From positions 62,001 to 126,000 of the forward strand of contig CBFDEM010000063.1 in NCBI GenBank assembly GCA_965603825.1: a DNA stretch of 64,000 nucleotides. Reading direction: 5' to 3'. Shown in pieces: positions 11,957-24,461 of this stretch (within the stretch, counting starts at the first letter, position 1; the number at the start of each line of letters is the position of its first letter). The notes below the pieces were generated by a model. It ran no database searches. It was not told the DNA's origin and was given only the letters and a program-made list of their open reading frames with translations. This DNA is from Blepharisma stoltei ATCC 30299 (taxonomy: Eukaryota > Protista > Ciliophora). The position numbers and the translations under genes are program-made.

Positions 11957-13327
11957 TTAAACTGATCTTTTAGTTTCCAGACTTGTTTGCTCTACATAGT
12001 CTATTTTTTTAAGCAGTAAATAGTCCTTGATAAGCCTTTCCAGTCATTTTAATACAGATTTGACACTTGGCAGCTTTGACAAAGAATTAGGAGGGGAATA
12101 TTTTATTATAAGAAATACCACACTTTTATAAAATTCTTTTGAATCGTTTGTAATTTTTGCTTCTTTTATCACTTTTTGGCAAGCCCCAATAATTTGATCA
12201 GCATGCTCTACTCTTAGACTGATCATTATTTGCCCTATTATTTTTCTCATATTGCTTACAATGATGTCTTGAGAAGCTTTGTTTATTTTCACGGGAGATT
12301 TTTTTTTCTTTTTTATTGTTTTTCTTTGTGTTTCTAATAATTGATCTTCAAGCTCATTAATTCTTTGCTGGGCTTCGTTTAAATACTTTTTTAGTGATTC
12401 ATTTTCTGCTACAAGATCTTGGTTTTCTTTTTCTTGCATTTCATTTTTCGCAATTAAAGTAAGCTCTTCTTGGCTTTTCCTTCTTACTCTTTCATTTAGA
12501 AGTGTTTCTACACGATTTTTTATGCTTTCAGTGCCATTTTTCAATTTTTCGACTGTTTCTTGAAATTGCTTATTTTGCGATAATAAATCATTGTTTTCCT
12601 TTGCCAATTTTTGGTTTTCGTTTTCTATTACTTTTATTTTCTGCTGGCTATCTTTTAAAACCTCTTCAAGCTCAACTTTTTCATATGAAAACTGAATGCT
12701 AGCCTTTTCAAGCTCAGCAATTTTCTTGTAAAGCTCATTCTGCTCATCTATTTTTGAGTTTCTTTTCTCAAGCTCTTCATGCAACTTTGTAATTTTTATA
12801 TTGAGCTCTTTAATATCTATTCTTGAGTTATGCAGCTCTTCTTTTAAATCCGAAATTATGCTATCTTTCTTTATAAGTTCTCGGTTCATTACTTCTAAAT
12901 CATCAATTTTTGCTTTGGTGTTAAAAATTTCTTTCTTTAAAACGTCAATTTCTTTGTTTTCTTCAGCACCTTTATTCTGCTTGGAAGGGAAAGAAATTGC
13001 TCCATTGCTATACGGATAAGAAATCTGTTTCTTTTCAGGCAGCTCTGGAATTAGTGGGTAATCAATTAATTCAGGTTTTTCGCTTACCCAATTGTCAAGT
13101 TTGAACTGGCTTTTTCCTGCTGCTCTTTCAGTGTAAAATCCTGAATTGGCATCTTGATATTTTGATGTTGATAACTCCAAGTCGTCTTTTGATAGCCTTG
13201 ACCCGCTATTCCAATCTTTTATTTCAGAAACCCAAGACCCTTCAGAGCTTTCTCCAATAATCTGCATCTGTATTTTTTTCATTGATTTTTTGATACTAGA
13301 AATTCTTTCATCTACATCATAATCCAT
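11957..13327 (-). CDS. Coiled-coil protein; TGA(12044-12046)=Trp, stop TAA at 11957
   Basis: Long heptad-rich ORF that reads through LK[W]LERLIKDY to TAA. Confidence 0.7.
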
Positions 13328-13382
13328 CTTTTATAAGCACGTATCCATTTTAAAAATCAGCTAGGCTGAAGATACTTTTATA

Positions 13383-15842
13383 ATGATTATTTATTTAGCT
13401 TTATTTCTTGCAGCTCTAAGCCTTGCCGATCTTTACTTGAACAGCCCATTTCAAAGCTCACTTAGAATAAAATCATCAACCCCTGTTTCAATGCAAAGCA
13501 GCACTGATCATTTTATTCTTTCCCAAGAAACTCTTGGCATCGCAGTAAGAAGGATAAACACCCAAATGCAGATACTCTGGACTTACACCCTTTCAGGGCA
13601 AAACAATTACAATGCCATTGACTTAAAATTAGGCCTAACTACCATTTATGTAGTTTTAAATGTGAATTATACAAATCTTTCGGAAATTCCTGCACTAACA
13701 CCTTCAGTGAACCCTAAAATATCAACCTATCAAAGCTTATTACTAATTATTTCAATGGACTCAGGGACTTTAAAATCGTCTCAATGGCTTGGGAATTGTT
13801 TTGACAGCAACAGCTGGGTATCAGAAATTGCCTATGATGGGCTTGATATTTATGCAGCCGGGACTGATGACTGCAACGGTGGCAGAACTTGGGTAATTAA
13901 AGTCGGAAAATGGCAAAATTTCTATACTGGAAAAACTTCTAGCGTAAAATTAAGCTTGACTGGGAATTATGTCTACTTAGCTATGGGATACAGTTCGGAT
14001 TCCAGCACAAAGGTCTGCAAATTTGATAAATATATGAATTGGCAGTGGGAAGTTGTCCTTGGGAATAAAATTCCTAATGATATTTTGGCAGTTAATGTAG
14101 GAGGAGCTGATAATTCTCTGGTAGTCACACAAAATCAAATTGTTTTATTAAGCCCTGCTTCGGTTACATTAGGGACCGTAAGTCTTTCTAATGTAAATTT
14201 TTTAAGCGCTATTTCAAACTCAGTAAGTGGGTTTATTGTATCAGGAACCGCGACTTCAGGAGCTTTCGGTACTAGTATTCAGGCCCAGCAAGCAGGAATT
14301 CTTATATGATTTAGCTCATCTTTATCAGTATTAAGCTACAGAATTTACGACTCAGGCACAACTGTTAAGATTTCACAATTCACCGAATTAAGCTACAAAA
14401 GTGTCTCAGTGCTCCTTAAAAGCTCTGAATCTTTCTATACAAATTCCTACTCCGGCACAGCCGTCTCCTCTTTACTTTTTTTCGCATATGACCCTTTTGC
14501 CTATGCAAGCTGCAATTCTTTATGCTCTCAATGTTTCGGAGATTCTTCGAGTTCTTGCTATTCTTGCAATTTTTATAATATAGACGATTTTTCATGTGGA
14601 GAATGCGCTGAAAATTGTGCAACCTGCACCAGTTCAAGCCAAAAAAATTGCATTACCTGTGCAAGTGGCTATGTATTTTTAAATAATTATTGTGTCCTTA
14701 ACTTAAACTGTACAGATGGGACGTACCCAGATAATGATGCCAAGGGTTGTCTAGCATGTGATACTTCTTGTGGAACTTGTTCAGGGCCTTCATTTGCGAA
14801 TTGTACATCTTGTGCTTATGGTTTTGTAAAAAATGATTTATTGTGTGTTAATAAGTGCCCTAGCTATAGGTTTCCTTATAATGGGGTATGTACAGATTGT
14901 AATTCTGCATGTGAGTCTTGTAATGGACCATATAGCTCAAATTGTACGCTATGCAAAACAGGGCAAATCGTATATAAAGGATCATGTCTAGCTAGCTGTC
15001 CTTCAAATACTTATAGTACAGGCATTGAGTGCTTTAACTGTAATGCTGCATGCTCAGACTGCACCGATAAATATTCATATTCCTGTAAAGCATGTGCAAA
15101 AGGGTATTTTTTATTTCAAAATGTCTGCCTCAATTCTTGTCCTGCAGGCTACTATTTTTCTAACTCTACCTGTTATAGCTGCTCTTCTAATTGTGCAAGC
15201 TGTTCTTCACAATCTTGCTCAAAATGCAATGAAAATTATTTTCTCAGCTCAGGAAAATGTTTGCCATCCTCAGACTGCCCAAGCTATACATATTTTAATG
15301 GAACAGACTGTGTATCATGCCATGCAAATTGCTTAACTTGTTATGGAGAAGAAGCCACAGAGTGCTTTTCCTGCACATCAGCCTATTTTTTAAAAAATAA
15401 TTCATGCACTGAGTCTGTAGCTGTCTGTAACTCTTCTCAGTTTAAAAATGATGAAAATGCCTGTATTGACTGCCAAGAAGGCTGCACTTATTGTAATAAT
15501 TCAAAAAGCTGCTTAAAGTGTGAAAGCAATAAGGTCCTTTATCAAGGATATTGTACTGAAAAGTGTCCAAGTAAATATATGAGTATTAATGGAACTTGTG
15601 AAAATTGTCCTGATAGGTGTGATGAGTGTCAAGATGGGAACTGTGTTAAATGCTCAATGAATTATCAGAGTCAAGGGTGATATTTATTAAAAAATGGAGC
15701 ATGCGTAAAGAATCAAACAGTTTGTGCGGATTCTTATAGCTATGATGAAGATAAAGGGGTGTGCTTGTATGATGAAAATGATGAGATGGAGAAAAAGAAA
15801 GAGATGATAAAGACAGCAATTGGTTTGTATCAAATTACTTAG
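13383..15842 (+). CDS. Secreted/surface protein with furin-like Cys-rich (CxxC) repeats; TGA=Trp at 14307 and 15678
   Basis: Signal peptide MIIYLALFLAALSLA; many C..C..C.G....C.SC..GY repeats; single frame to TAG at 15840-15842. Confidence 0.85.
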
Positions 15843-16298
15843 CAAAATAAGTGTAATTGATAAGGAAGCTTTTGCAAATAATATTGCTTAATATTGGAAT
15901 ACTAATTTTTAACTCACTACATAAATAGGATTTCGTTAATTATTATTATAATTAGCTAATTAATTATAATGGAGTTTTATCATAAGTTATTTAAGGATAT
16001 TCAAACTAGATAAATAACGAAGCCTTGAAACCTATATGCTCTACCCATAATATTAAAAGCTAAAAAATAATTACTGAATCCTTTGCTGGTCTTATTTTTT
16101 CAAAATCATATAAATCTTCTAAAATCCAAAAATAAATATCCCAAAAAAATCTTTTTTTTGAACGGTCTCCCAGCTTTGTCTTTAAAAAAATATCAATGAT
16201 GATATTTTTTAACTGACAAAAATAATTAAGAAAGATTTATGATCGCATCATACCATTTTCAAAGAAATAATTTCTCGCCAATAATTAAATTTTCTAAA

Positions 16299-16916
16299 AT
16301 GGTTGAATGCATTGACGAATACTTGGGATCAGAGTACACATGCCAATTTGATTTCATGTTAGACTCAATGCAAGCCGAATTAATGCACCCTAATGAGCGT
16401 AAGCTTTCATTTGTTGACTTACTGAGTCACTCCTACGCCCATCATGTTGATGTAATTCCTATTCAGATCATGCCCAGCATAGAATCTATGCCTGAGCACT
16501 TTGACGAGTCCACTCTTACACAATCCTTCACCCAAGACGATTGCGACGTAAAGCTGAACCCCTTGATCTACGAGGTCTACGAGACTCAGATACAAAAGCA
16601 AAAGAAAAAAAAGCCCGTTGCCTCAAAAGACACAATAGTTGTCATTCACAAACCTGTAGAACTGACGCCAGACCATATCATAGGCACTATTACTTTAGAA
16701 GAGCGACGGAAAAAGATCAAAAAGTACCTGGAAAAGAGGCAGAGGAGGACGTGGAACAAAAAGATCTCCTATGACTGCCGAAAACGAGTGGCGGATGGGA
16801 GGTTAAGGATCAAAGGGAGGTTCGTTACGAAAGAGCAAGCAATCGCTATTCTTGGGATTGATCACCCAGCTGTACAAAATTTGTTGGCAATGGAAAGGGA
16901 AAGCCAAAATAATTAG
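16299..16916 (+). CDS. CCT-motif (CONSTANS/CO-like/TOC1) protein
   Basis: ERRKKIKKYLEKRQRRTWNKKISYDCRKRVADGRLRIKGRFV. Alternative ATG at 16239. Confidence 0.88.
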   Translation: MVECIDEYLGSEYTCQFDFMLDSMQAELMHPNERKLSFVDLLSHSYAHHVDVIPIQIMPSIESMPEHFDESTLTQSFTQDDCDVKLNPLIYEVYETQIQKQKKKKPVASKDTIVVIHKPVELTPDHIIGTITLEERRKKIKKYLEKRQRRTWNKKISYDCRKRVADGRLRIKGRFVTKEQAIAILGIDHPAVQNLLAMERESQNN

Positions 16917-17525
16917 ATATAGTATGGTAATCTGAATGGTGATTTTTTATGAATAAGCTGTCGTACGTAAGGTTTATTTTTTTAATTTTTTGGGAGGAAT
17001 TTGGAATTCTGCTGATTTTTGATTTAAAAGTCAGTGAAATAATAGGGTGAAACAGTAAAAAGAACGTTAAAAAAGTAGTTAATTTTGAAATTAAATTAAT
17101 AGGATATTAATGGAATTTAGATCGTCAAAAGCTATTACTCCTAACGGTTGAATTAGCAAAAATTAAAAAATTTATCAATTTGGATTTAGATTCTTCAATA
17201 TAGAAAAGTGCAATTCTTCAGTTTCTAAATTTTCAATTATAAATTTGAATATAAATTTCTTTTTAAGTTTTATAATAGTTTAACTGATACCAGCATCTAT
17301 TCCTTAAATTGCTTGACATTTGAGTGTTTTACGTTAATTATTCTATATCAAACAAGCCAAAACCTGGGTTTGATTTATGTGGTTATCTTACATTTTCAAT
17401 TAAATATTAAATCAATAAGCTTAAAATCAATATCTATTTTCCCAAATATTCAGACGAAATAGAGAAAAATACTTCACAAAATTTTTAATAATAATTTTAG
17501 TCTTTAAAATATCAACACGAATAAT

Positions 17526-18639
17526 CTACTTCGCTGAAATATCCAAAATAACTGCGGTGATATCATCAGAATGACTCGTGTTTGCTTTCCATCTCCTATA
17601 CGATTCAAAGCACAAATTCTCGGCTGATTTTTCGAGCTCACTTGAGCTTATAAAATTTTGCATTAATTGCAATGCTTCGTCATTCGGTATAAACTCCCAA
17701 AGCCCATCGGTGCCTATAATAATATACTCATCCTCTACATCAAGTTCATAGACATACACTTCCGGTTCTGCTACAATCCCAATCCTCGTTGAAGCTTTAT
17801 GGCCGAAATTTCTTGAAAAAGCAAGTCCTGGGAATTTTTCGTATTTAAATCATACCCTATCCTGCCCATTTCTGTTCCCATTTTCATCTAAAATCGGTTC
17901 TACTCTGCCCCCACAGGACTCAATTCTGCTTTTTTCTTCTGGTAAGCTTGGCTTATGCTCCCTCGTCATTTGTATTGGCTTTATTTTATTTCCTTCTTTT
18001 CTGCCTAAAATTGCTTTAGAATCCCCTAAATATGCACAAAACAAGCTATTTCCTTCTAATAGCACAATGATCCCGGTGCTCCCTGAGGAGTTAAAATTTA
18101 CGTTTTCCAGCTGTAAAAGCTCTTCATTTGTCTGTAAAAATGCTTGTTTTAAGGCGTTTGACATGTTTGTTTCGGTATCCAAAATTACTTCTAAGTTATA
18201 GGGCAATTTTTCTTTTATGTATGAAGAAACCATATGCCCGAACTCGCCATTTCCGTCGAAAACTCCGAATAAGTGTCTGGTGTCTCTGTCACAAAATTGG
18301 GGCATAATTAAATAGTCATCTTGGTTATGATTTTTGGTAATTCCGTTGATTGTACCAATTATGGAAAAGCTACTGTAGTTCCTGATTGCGTTTTGGGGGC
18401 GGGATATTGTTGCTAAATAAAAAATTACATTTTCGGGGAGATTTTTCAGGAGAGTTATTGCTGGGCAAATTTAAGGGGAAACTACCACATCTTCCACGGC
18501 TCCCATGACTAAGGACAGAAGGCTGACAAAGCACTGGGCTGAGAGCAAAAGATTTGCCATGAAGTCTTGAGCCAAGCATAGGACTTACCTGATCCTCCTT
18601 TTCGCTATCTACCTCTGAAAGTGATGAGGAAGCTATCAT
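17526..18639 (-). CDS. PP2C (PPM) protein phosphatase; 16-nt intron 18413-18428; TGA(17850-17852)=Trp
   Basis: NQDD, FGVFDGNG, GSTG, LGDSKA, HKP...E..RI, RV[W]...PGLAFSR.FG, GTDGLWE and DDIT motifs. Confidence 0.9.
18413..18428 (-). other. 16-nt intron (gtaattttttatttag)
   Basis: Removal joins the N-terminal ORF (…KSPRK) to the PP2C frame. Confidence 0.85.
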
Positions 18640-19193
18640 GATATTAATGTATAAATATTATATGATTTTGAGCCATTATGTTTGTGGTAAATGTGCAGTT
18701 ATTTGGCTCTGCAAGATTAACTGGAGAATTAATTCCCATTTCATTTGATAGGAAAATAATTTAAAATTTTATGGTGAGATTTTTTTACTTATTATAAGCT
18801 TTATATATTTGAGTAGTCTTACAAGATGAAATGCTGGATAATTTAGCTTAAATTAATGATGTGTTTATAGTTTTGGCTTTCTTGGTTTGTAGTGTAGCTG
18901 CAGGACGATTCACTATTGGCCGCCACTTCTGAGTTAAGGCAGCAGACAAGATTTTTTGGGAATCTCCAATTTTACATACCCTTGGAAGACAGATCACTAT
19001 CATCAGCTATTTTATGCATAGATATTCTGGATAATTTAGGTAATAATTCTAAGGCATAAGAGCAAAAAAATGAAATTAGGATTTAATAATTAACTAAATT
19101 ATTTAGATTTTATTGTATTGCAAAATGTAAGAGAAAATGAAAAATAAAGTTTCATGAATATATACAGGAATTCTAGGAATTAAAATCAGATAT

Positions 19194-19237
19194 GACTGTT
19201 TGGCCGAGCGGTCTAAGGCGGTAGCTTAAGGCGCTAT

Positions 19238-19268
<31 letters not shown>

Positions 19269-19273
19269 AGTCA
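19194..19273 (+). tRNA. tRNA-Leu(AAG)
   Basis: Acceptor stem GACTGTT/AGCAGTC; D-arm TGGCCGAGCGGTCTAAGGC; anticodon stem GTAGC/GCTAT with loop TT-AAG-GC; variable arm; T-loop GGTTCAAATCC; followed by a T5 Pol III terminator. Confidence 0.95.
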
Positions 19274-19543
19274 TTTTTATCGATCACAAAATTCTACTAG
19301 ATTTATTATTCAAAATACCTAAAATTTTATTTCTTAATTATATTTCTGTAATCTCACCAATTTTTATTCAATTTTTCTAAAATTTTCTTTTCTTTTTCCC
19401 AAATCCTACTTCTTCCATTATTTTTTATTCAAAATTCCAGACTGCTATAAATACTCTAAAACCCAGTTTCCTTTATTTTTCTATCAATTTATTATCAAAA
19501 AATTTAAAATCCTTTAGGTTTCGCTCTATATCCGTTTATAAAT

Positions 19544-22500
19544 ATGTCTTCTATCAAAAAGGAGTATTTATGCCAAGTTACAATTATCGAAGCACGAGAT
19601 TTAGCTGGCATAAATAGTGAAGGTTCTTGTGACCCATTTATAAGAGTAACTTGTGGGAATGCAGGCTCTCAAGCTACAACAGCAAATGAAGATAACACTA
19701 ATCCGTGCTGAAATCAATCGTTTACGTTTTCCAAATTAATGCTAACAGACATGGAGCTGGAGACATGGGAACTAAAAATCGAGTGCTTGAACCACAATCA
19801 ATTTCTCAAAAATTCGCTTGTTGGGTCTTTTTCATTTGGTTTAGCAACTCTACATAGAAACTCAAATCACGAGTTTTATGGGATGTGAATCACGCTTTTG
19901 CATCCAGACCACGGTTCAAGCCCTAGAGGCTATGTACTTATGAACTGCTTTATTGTAGGGCCTCAAGATATCCCTCCTGCGCATGCAATAGGTGAACACA
20001 TGGGACTAGAAGAAGATGCTGATGAAAGCGACGATGACATGATGGACGAACTTTTAACCCCAGAACAAAGAAAATTAAAAAAATTAAAAGCTCAAAGTGT
20101 CAAAATTGTAGGTGCTCCTATGATTGCAAGAAAAAGCTATCAGCTGTCAGTGAATATTTATAAAGCTGAACATTTTGGAAACCATCCTAATGCATTTGTC
20201 AGTGCAAGGACGTGTGGGTTTGTGGATAAAACTCATACGATGAAAGAAACCAATGACCCAATTTGGAATGTAAAATTATCATTCCCCGCGTATAAACCAA
20301 TTTTAAATGACAGAATTACTGTCAGGGTGTGGGACCAAAGGCCTTTAGCAAGAGATATCATGATTGCAACTATCCCAGAAATCCCCAGCGACCACGATTT
20401 TTTTAACATCACAAACTTGCTCAGCAGAGGTGGCGTAATGCCTTGCAGATGGATCCCTCTTTATGGGCAGAATCTTGAAGAAAGCTCTATTTGGGATGGT
20501 GTCAAAGAAATGGTCGGCTCAAAGAAAAAAAGCTACATTGGGACTTGCTATAAAGGAAGGCTTCTCCTATCACTTACTGTCTCTCCTAATGATGACCCAG
20601 AAACTGGTGCTTCCAGAGCTGCTCCTTATAGAGAGCCTATTGCAAAAATCCACTCCCTCCGCGTTATTTTATTTGAGCTCAAAAACGCCAAAAACTGTGG
20701 CGACACTGTCAGAATCCGTATTTCGATGGGGCCATTTAATGTTTGGTCCAAAAAAACAGGGAAAAGAGAAACAACTGACTCAAATACTAATGAGACTATA
20801 GAATATTTCCAATGGGGATCAGCTTATTCAGGCGAACAAATTGCTGAAATTAAAGAACCGTTCCCAATTGACCCTTCTCAAGCTCCTGATGTATTTTTAG
20901 ATCTTTATTCAGAAGGACTCTTGGGTGGAGAAAAAAGAATTGGGTATATAAGAAAGCCAGCTTCTGAAATTATAGGGAGGGATTACCCATTTTGGCTACC
21001 TTTTAGGTCACTTGATACACATTCAGAAGTCGGCTCAGATTCTCCTGGACTTGTACTGGTGTCAATGAGCTATCAAGTTGATGAAGGGTCTGGGCAGAAA
21101 TCAGGGGTAGTTAAAAGTAAACCAAGAAAAGCTGATAGGTGGCTTTGTTGAAATGTGTATGGAGGCCTTGATATGGCACCTTCATTAGAAGATGAAGATA
21201 CAAATCTTGCATTGAAAATTTACTGTGGAGACTCCGTTATCAATTTACCTGATGAAATTTCAGAGCAATGCGCCCATACAAAATATCCCATATGGAAATG
21301 GTCAGGGGTAAAGCCTCTGCAACTTCATGAAGACTTGCATTTTGAACAAAATTTGCGCTTAGAAGTTTATAATAAATCAACCATTATGAAATGGTTTGAT
21401 TCTACTGATGAAATAGGGCAGTTTTCGGTGCCACTTTATGTATGTGAAAACCAATGGAGTCAGCCTCATTTTTTCCATGTAATTAATGCAAGAGAACAAG
21501 GGGTTTCTCAAGGAAGAGTTCTAGCAGAATTTTTTATTGCAAAATCAAGTATTGATAGCTCAAATAATCCATGTAAAAGAGAATCAGAAGCGACAATGAA
21601 ATGTGACATTGAGTTCGCTATTATAGGGATCAGAAATTTAGTCCCAAAATATGAAAAGCCTGAAATCACAGTTACTATACCAGGCTACACTATGGAAAAA
21701 GATGTAAAAGCAGAAATCTCCGTTTCTGAAGTAAAAAATAAAGACAGGTCGAATCCGAATTTCTTGACAATAATTAAATTCAAAAACGTCACTTTGCCAG
21801 TGACACCTATTTATCTACCTGCTTTATATATAAAGCTTAAGGATACTGCATTTTTGTCCTGAAATGAGTGCTATACGTTTATTCCACTTATGCCTTATGC
21901 CCATTGGATCACAGATGAAGCTATCAAAAGAGAGGCACTTGAGCTTTATAATAGAAATTTTACAGTAAAAGAGCTAATAGAGCAAGTCCCACTGAGATCA
22001 GTCCCACAAGAAAAATTAAGAAGGACAGGAGATGAGTCCTATACTGATTACGCAGAAGACTGTATCCCTGATGATTCTGCTAATGAAGAAGACAACAACA
22101 CCCAAGGCAAAGAATTGGACATGTCTGATATTTTTGATCCAAAAAATTCCCGCCTTACCAAAAAAATCCAATTTGACAAAGTAGAAGTTGACGAAGAAAT
22201 CGAAATTAGACTGAGAGAAGACAAAGAAAAAGAACTTAATAGTGAACTAGAGATTTTACGAGCACAAGCCAAAAAGCAAACTGAGAAAAAAGGTGAAGTA
22301 AAAGAAACACTGAAGCTGGAAATAAGAAAAAAAGAAAGAGAGCTAGATGTGGTAAAAGAAGGGGTGATGACAGAAAAGAGGTTCATGAAAAAAGATGAAG
22401 TATTGGATGAGGACGGGTTTCAGTATAATAGACCGATTTATAAACAAGGGCCTTATGAAGAAGCGTTAGAGCTACCATATGAACGATACTTTTTGTTCAG

Positions 22501-24025
22501 AAAAACTAAAAATACAGAAAAATTATCAGCATTTAGGGTAGGTGAGCCTACTGGTGCTATATTAAAGTCAAGTGTATATATAAGGATTCTTGAGGACGGA
22601 AAGCCATATGACCCAAATACCAGTTTCCCTGACCCTGATACTTTTACAAATGATTTTAATTTCTTCCATCCAGGATTTCGAGGAACTGAAACCCTCATGT
22701 CAATTTTCGGCGAAAACAACTTTGACGTAAGAGTTTATATATTAAGAGGACTCTCTTTAAGTGCAGTCGACAATGCCCCTGATTGAATCGCCTTTTCTGG
22801 AGGCTTAGATGCCTTATCAAGCGCCAACAGTTACCCACAGCTGATAATAGGCGACCATAAAGACGTTGATGGGAAATATGTCAACGATACAAAGCCAGAA
22901 TTGAAAAATTTAAACCCTGAGTTTTTCAGGAGTTATGAGATGGAAGCAGAAATCCCATCTGATTGGAAACTCCAAATAAGTATTTTCAATTTAAACGAGT
23001 ATGGGTTCGATAACATTATTGGCTCTACTATAATTGATTTAGAAGACAGATATTTTGGCGATCCTTATACAAGTAAAAAACTTATGATGAAAGAATTAAA
23101 AAATCATTGTGACAGAGAAATTGAAGAAACCCAAGAACCTAAACTGAGAGAATGGCTTGTAAAGATAAGGAAAAATGTCAAAAGAGATGCGGCTAGACTA
23201 GATGTAAGCCAGCATGTTGCGCCTGTAGAATACAGAGCTTTAGAAAACAGAGGGAAAAAGACAGCGCAAGGCATGATAGAACTGTTTTTAGAAGTCTTAG
23301 ACAGCCAAGAAGCTAAGCTAATCCCAGTCTCAAAGATCGCAAAACCAATTCCAGAAGAATATGAGCTTCGTTTTATCGTCTACAAATGTGAAGGAATCCC
23401 TAGAAGGCCTGACAAAGAAGTTACTGATATATTTTTCAGAGTCGCCTTCGACTGTGCAGGCTGGATTGAGGAATCAGTCCAAAAAGAAACAGACGCCCAC
23501 ATGGGCTCAAGTGACGGCCACGGCGTTTTTAACTGGAGAATGAAATTCCATTTCCAGCTGCCTTGTACATTTGCAAGACTCCGTGTAAATGCATACGATT
23601 TTTCTACTTTTGGGGACGATCAAGTGGTTTCTGAAGTAATTTTGGATTTATCGAGATATTTTAGCAGGGTGCTTAAAGAAGGAAAATTAAGTGTGGAGGA
23701 GTCTTGGACAGATTTGCATTTGCCGAATAAACCCGGGACAAATGGGGGGAAATTGATGTTTTCGTTTTATATTTTAAGCTTGGCTGAAGCAAATCAAAGG
23801 CCGGTTGGAGAGGCACAAGATGAGCCGAATAGAGATCCAGAGCTGGAAACGCCAGAGGAAGGTAGAGGAGTTAGTGATTTCTTAAAAGGAACTGCTTTTG
23901 ATGTGTCTGGCTGGTCATTGTGGGATTTTGGGATCTTGAAAAAAATATTGGCTGTTTTATCGTTGGGAGGTATGGCGATTGTGCTGTTTATTTACCCAGG
24001 TTTCTTGACTGGTGGTGCTAAATAA
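19544..24025 (+). CDS. Ferlin-family multi-C2 tail-anchored membrane protein (~1493 aa); TGA=Trp at 19709, 19886, 21149, 21860 and 22784
   Basis: C2 motifs DPFIRV, NPC[W]NQSF, RVYILRG, IIGSTIIDLEDRYF, ETD.H..S.DG.G.FNWR and PVGEAQDEPN.DP.L..P; C-terminal TM; all ORF pieces share one frame. Confidence 0.92.
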
Positions 24026-24461
24026 TTATTTCATTAAATCTAAATAAGCATTTAACGGCTAAGCTGCTAACTCATATTGTTGTTGGCATTGTGATTCTCT
24101 CAAAAATATGATAAATCTTGGCAAATCCTATTTCTAATCAAGGATTCGTTGAAATTCCACTATTTTTGCAGCCTTAACAGAATGTAAATTCTAATTGAAT
24201 CGGCTTTCTTACATATTACATTCATTGAAAATCCTTGGAATTTGAAATTCAATAAGGGTTTTCTTTAAATATTTTTATCTGTCCATTCAATAAACTTGAT
24301 GGAGAATCAATGAAAAATGTCCATGCTTATAAAGTTTTATAAGGGAACTAATTCTGTATTTTTAAAAGCATAATAATATTACCACAGGATTTTTACCATT
24401 AATCAAGCTGCATCAATCCTGAATTTAATGGAATAATTTTCGATAAACAATTAAATTTATA

